A stretch of 64,000 nucleotides of DNA from a virus. Taxonomy: Duplodnaviria; Heunggongvirae; Uroviricota; Caudoviricetes. Location of the stretch: the IMG/VR virus record IMGVR_UViG_2595698353_000001, positions 14,564 through 78,563 of that record; one strand, 5' to 3'. Positions 61,905-64,000 of this stretch are shown here, piece after piece. The first letter of the stretch is position 1, and the number at the start of each line of letters is the position of its first letter. The notes beneath the pieces are model-generated. The model was not told the origin of the DNA, ran no database searches, and saw only the letters and a list, made by a program, of their open reading frames with translations. A program made the position numbers and the translations under genes.

Positions 61905-63746
61905 ATGTCCCGCACTCCCGATACCGTCTCCGCCGACATCCGGTCCAAGCTCAAGACCACGCTGCCGCAGCTGTCGATGGAGATCGGCACGCCCGAGCGC
62001 AAGATCGTCGACGCCGTCTCCGAGGCCATCTCCGAGGCGTACATCGAGCAGTACATCAACGGGTCGCTGCTCGACATCAACTCCAAGGCCGGACTCGAGC
62101 TCGAGCAGTTCGTCGGCATCTTCGGCTTCGGCCGCCTGCAGGGCCGCCAGGCCACCGGCACCGTCGTGCTCAGCCTGACGACGGCCGCTACCCAGGTGCT
62201 GCAGGTGCCGCTGGGCACCCAGTTCTACGCGTCCGACGCGGGCGGCAGCGGCAAGCCGCTGTACTTCGCGAGCACCGAGCGCGTGGTGATCCCCGTCGGT
62301 GCGACGTCGGCCAGCGTCCCGGTGCAGTGCACCATCACCGGCACCATCGGCAATGTCCCGGCGCAGGCGATCGACTCGATGACGGCCACCGTCGGCGCGG
62401 CGTCCGGCACCAACCAGGTCCCGCTGACCGGCGGCACCGACGTCGAGACCGACGAGCAGCTGCGCACCCGGTTCAAGGCGACCCTGCTGCGCAATATCGC
62501 GGGCACCGAGGACTTCTACCTCGCGCTGTGCCTGCAGTCGAAGTACACCACCCGGGCCAAGGTGTTCGGTCCGGTGACGACCTACCGCACCCAGATGGTC
62601 GTCCCGGCGTCCAACGCGACCGCCAACGTCACTCCGGCCGTCTACGACATCGCCTACACCTGGCCGGAGTCGTCGTCGGTGTATCAGAACATCGGCACCG
62701 CCAGCGAGCGCTTCTTCAAGGAGGATGTCGACTACCAGTTCTCCAAGGGCGCAGGCATCCCCACGCTCAAGGTGCTTCCGGGCGGCGCGCTCGCGGCGGC
62801 GGGCATGGCCGGGCAGATCATCGATGTCGAGTTCGAGTACACCACCAGGTCGTCGCGGAACAACCCGAACTACAACTCGGCGAGCAACCCGTACCCGACG
62901 ACGAACGCGATCGACATCTTCGTCGACGGCGTCGATCCGTACTCGATCACCGAGGCGAACTACACGAGCAACATCAAGTTCGACAACGCGCCCGAGTCGC
63001 CGTACTACTACGCGAACTTCGAGCGCGGTGAGGCCCCCGGTGTCGCGCCGGGCGACCGGCCGTCGATCACCAACTTCTTCATGCGGCTGGGGTCCGGCCC
63101 CGTGGTGGACTTCCCGGCCGAGATCAACATCGGCGCAGCCAATTACAAGATCGGCGTCCACTACTGGCTCGTGCGCGGCACCACGAAGGCACGCGGGTCG
63201 CAGCGCGAGGTGTTCGGGATCGAGTGGGTGCCTCCGGGCGCGCCGGGCAACGGCCCCGTCCAGTCCCCGCCGACCCAGATGATGTTGAACTACAGCTACA
63301 ACCGGCTGCCCGAGGTGCTCGACGCCGTTGCGACCAAGGCGAAGCAGATCTGCACCAACGTCCTCATCCACGAGGCGCAGCGCCGCTTTCTCAAGGTCGT
63401 GCTCGCGGTCGAGTACAACCGTGGCTACGACCCGGCCGCCGTCAACAGCTCGATCACGCTGCAGCTGCGACAGTTCTTCGGCGGCCTGGGCTTCGGCGCG
63501 TGGGTGCAGAAGTCGGACATCGAGCTCGTCGTGCACCAGGTGCTCGGCGTCGACAACGTGCGCATCGCGACGTCGGCTGATGCCGCCACGACGACCACGC
63601 CGGGCGACTTCGGCGTGATGACGTACGCCTGGGGCACCAATGGTGGCAGCGGCTACCTGCTCTCCCAGCTCGGCGACTTCAAGCTCGGGGATGCGGAGCT
63701 GCCAGTCTTCCTGTCCGCGAAGGTCTACCGGAAGCCGACTCTCTGA
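61905..63746 (+). CDS. baseplate J-like wedge protein
   Basis: G.ELEQFV..FG..R...ATG.V; GTIGNVPA; GG.DVETDEQLR.RF. Confidence 0.9.
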   Translation: MSRTPDTVSADIRSKLKTTLPQLSMEIGTPERKIVDAVSEAISEAYIEQYINGSLLDINSKAGLELEQFVGIFGFGRLQGRQATGTVVLSLTTAATQVLQVPLGTQFYASDAGGSGKPLYFASTERVVIPVGATSASVPVQCTITGTIGNVPAQAIDSMTATVGAASGTNQVPLTGGTDVETDEQLRTRFKATLLRNIAGTEDFYLALCLQSKYTTRAKVFGPVTTYRTQMVVPASNATANVTPAVYDIAYTWPESSSVYQNIGTASERFFKEDVDYQFSKGAGIPTLKVLPGGALAAAGMAGQIIDVEFEYTTRSSRNNPNYNSASNPYPTTNAIDIFVDGVDPYSITEANYTSNIKFDNAPESPYYYANFERGEAPGVAPGDRPSITNFFMRLGSGPVVDFPAEINIGAANYKIGVHYWLVRGTTKARGSQREVFGIEWVPPGAPGNGPVQSPPTQMMLNYSYNRLPEVLDAVATKAKQICTNVLIHEAQRRFLKVVLAVEYNRGYDPAAVNSSITLQLRQFFGGLGFGAWVQKSDIELVVHQVLGVDNVRIATSADAATTTTPGDFGVMTYAWGTNGGSGYLLSQLGDFKLGDAELPVFLSAKVYRKPTL

Positions 63747-64000
63747 TGACCGACAACGACACCCTCCCCCTCTTCCCGCCGAAGTCGACCGCGCACCGCC
63801 TCCGACATTTCGACGATACGGTCTTCACGACGGAGCCGACGTCGGCCATCTTCAAGCTCGTCGACGCACTGTGTGGAGACGCCGGTGCGGCCACGCTGAA
63901 GAAGGACTCGTTCATGCAGCGGCTCGACTCCGCGCTGAACTCGCTGTCGTTCTCGGACCTGGACTTCATCTTCGGCAACATCTCGTTCCTCGTGCGCTCG
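63746..64000 (+). CDS. baseplate wedge protein, 5' part (truncated by window end)
   Basis: TGATG coupling to baseplate J; open to window end. Confidence 0.65.
   Translation, partial: MTDNDTLPLFPPKSTAHRLRHFDDTVFTTEPTSAIFKLVDALCGDAGAATLKKDSFMQRLDSALNSLSFSDLDFIFGNISFLVRS

Noticed and set aside
1-64000. Terminase, integrase, repressor-lysogeny module, inteins, introns
   Set aside because: No Walker A/nuclease terminase motifs, recombinase motifs or intein C-terminal HN signatures seen; the terminase presumably lies outside the window

Overview
A 64-kb, very GC-rich segment of a contractile-tailed (myovirus-type) phage. The amidase-LGFP lysin, cutinase/LysB-like esterase and WhiB point to a mycolic-acid-containing actinobacterial host. 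From memory, not a database search, the capsid protein and gene order resemble Bxz1/cluster C-like actinophages. Nearly all genes are on the + strand. Layout: (1) 1-11.7 kb, about 40 small translationally coupled early-type ORFs including an orphan HigA antitoxin, ending in thyX. (2) 11.9-28.2 kb, head module: internal head proteins, a GNAT-containing multidomain protein, portal, 2H phosphoesterase, WhiB, SWIM protein, protease/scaffold, decoration protein and major capsid protein. (3) 28.3-46 kb, fibre/appendage genes, an SGNH esterase, a minus-strand LysB-like gene and lysin A, interrupted by three islands of small genes under sigma-A-like promoters. (4) 46.1-64 kb, neck, sheath, tube, frameshifted chaperones, tape measure and baseplate. 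No terminase, integrase, tRNA or CRISPR array was seen. The strongest signals that annotation does not explain are these. First, a recurring upstream motif GCATCAATWG sits in the loop of hairpins that bury the downstream RBS, most cleanly at the lysin. Second, one ~65-aa module is reused on four proteins with different payloads. Third, [R/K]-x-A motifs punctuate the head proteins. Fourth, a hairpin-dense 320-nt non-coding stretch lies between convergent genes. Functional calls come from motifs recognised by eye.
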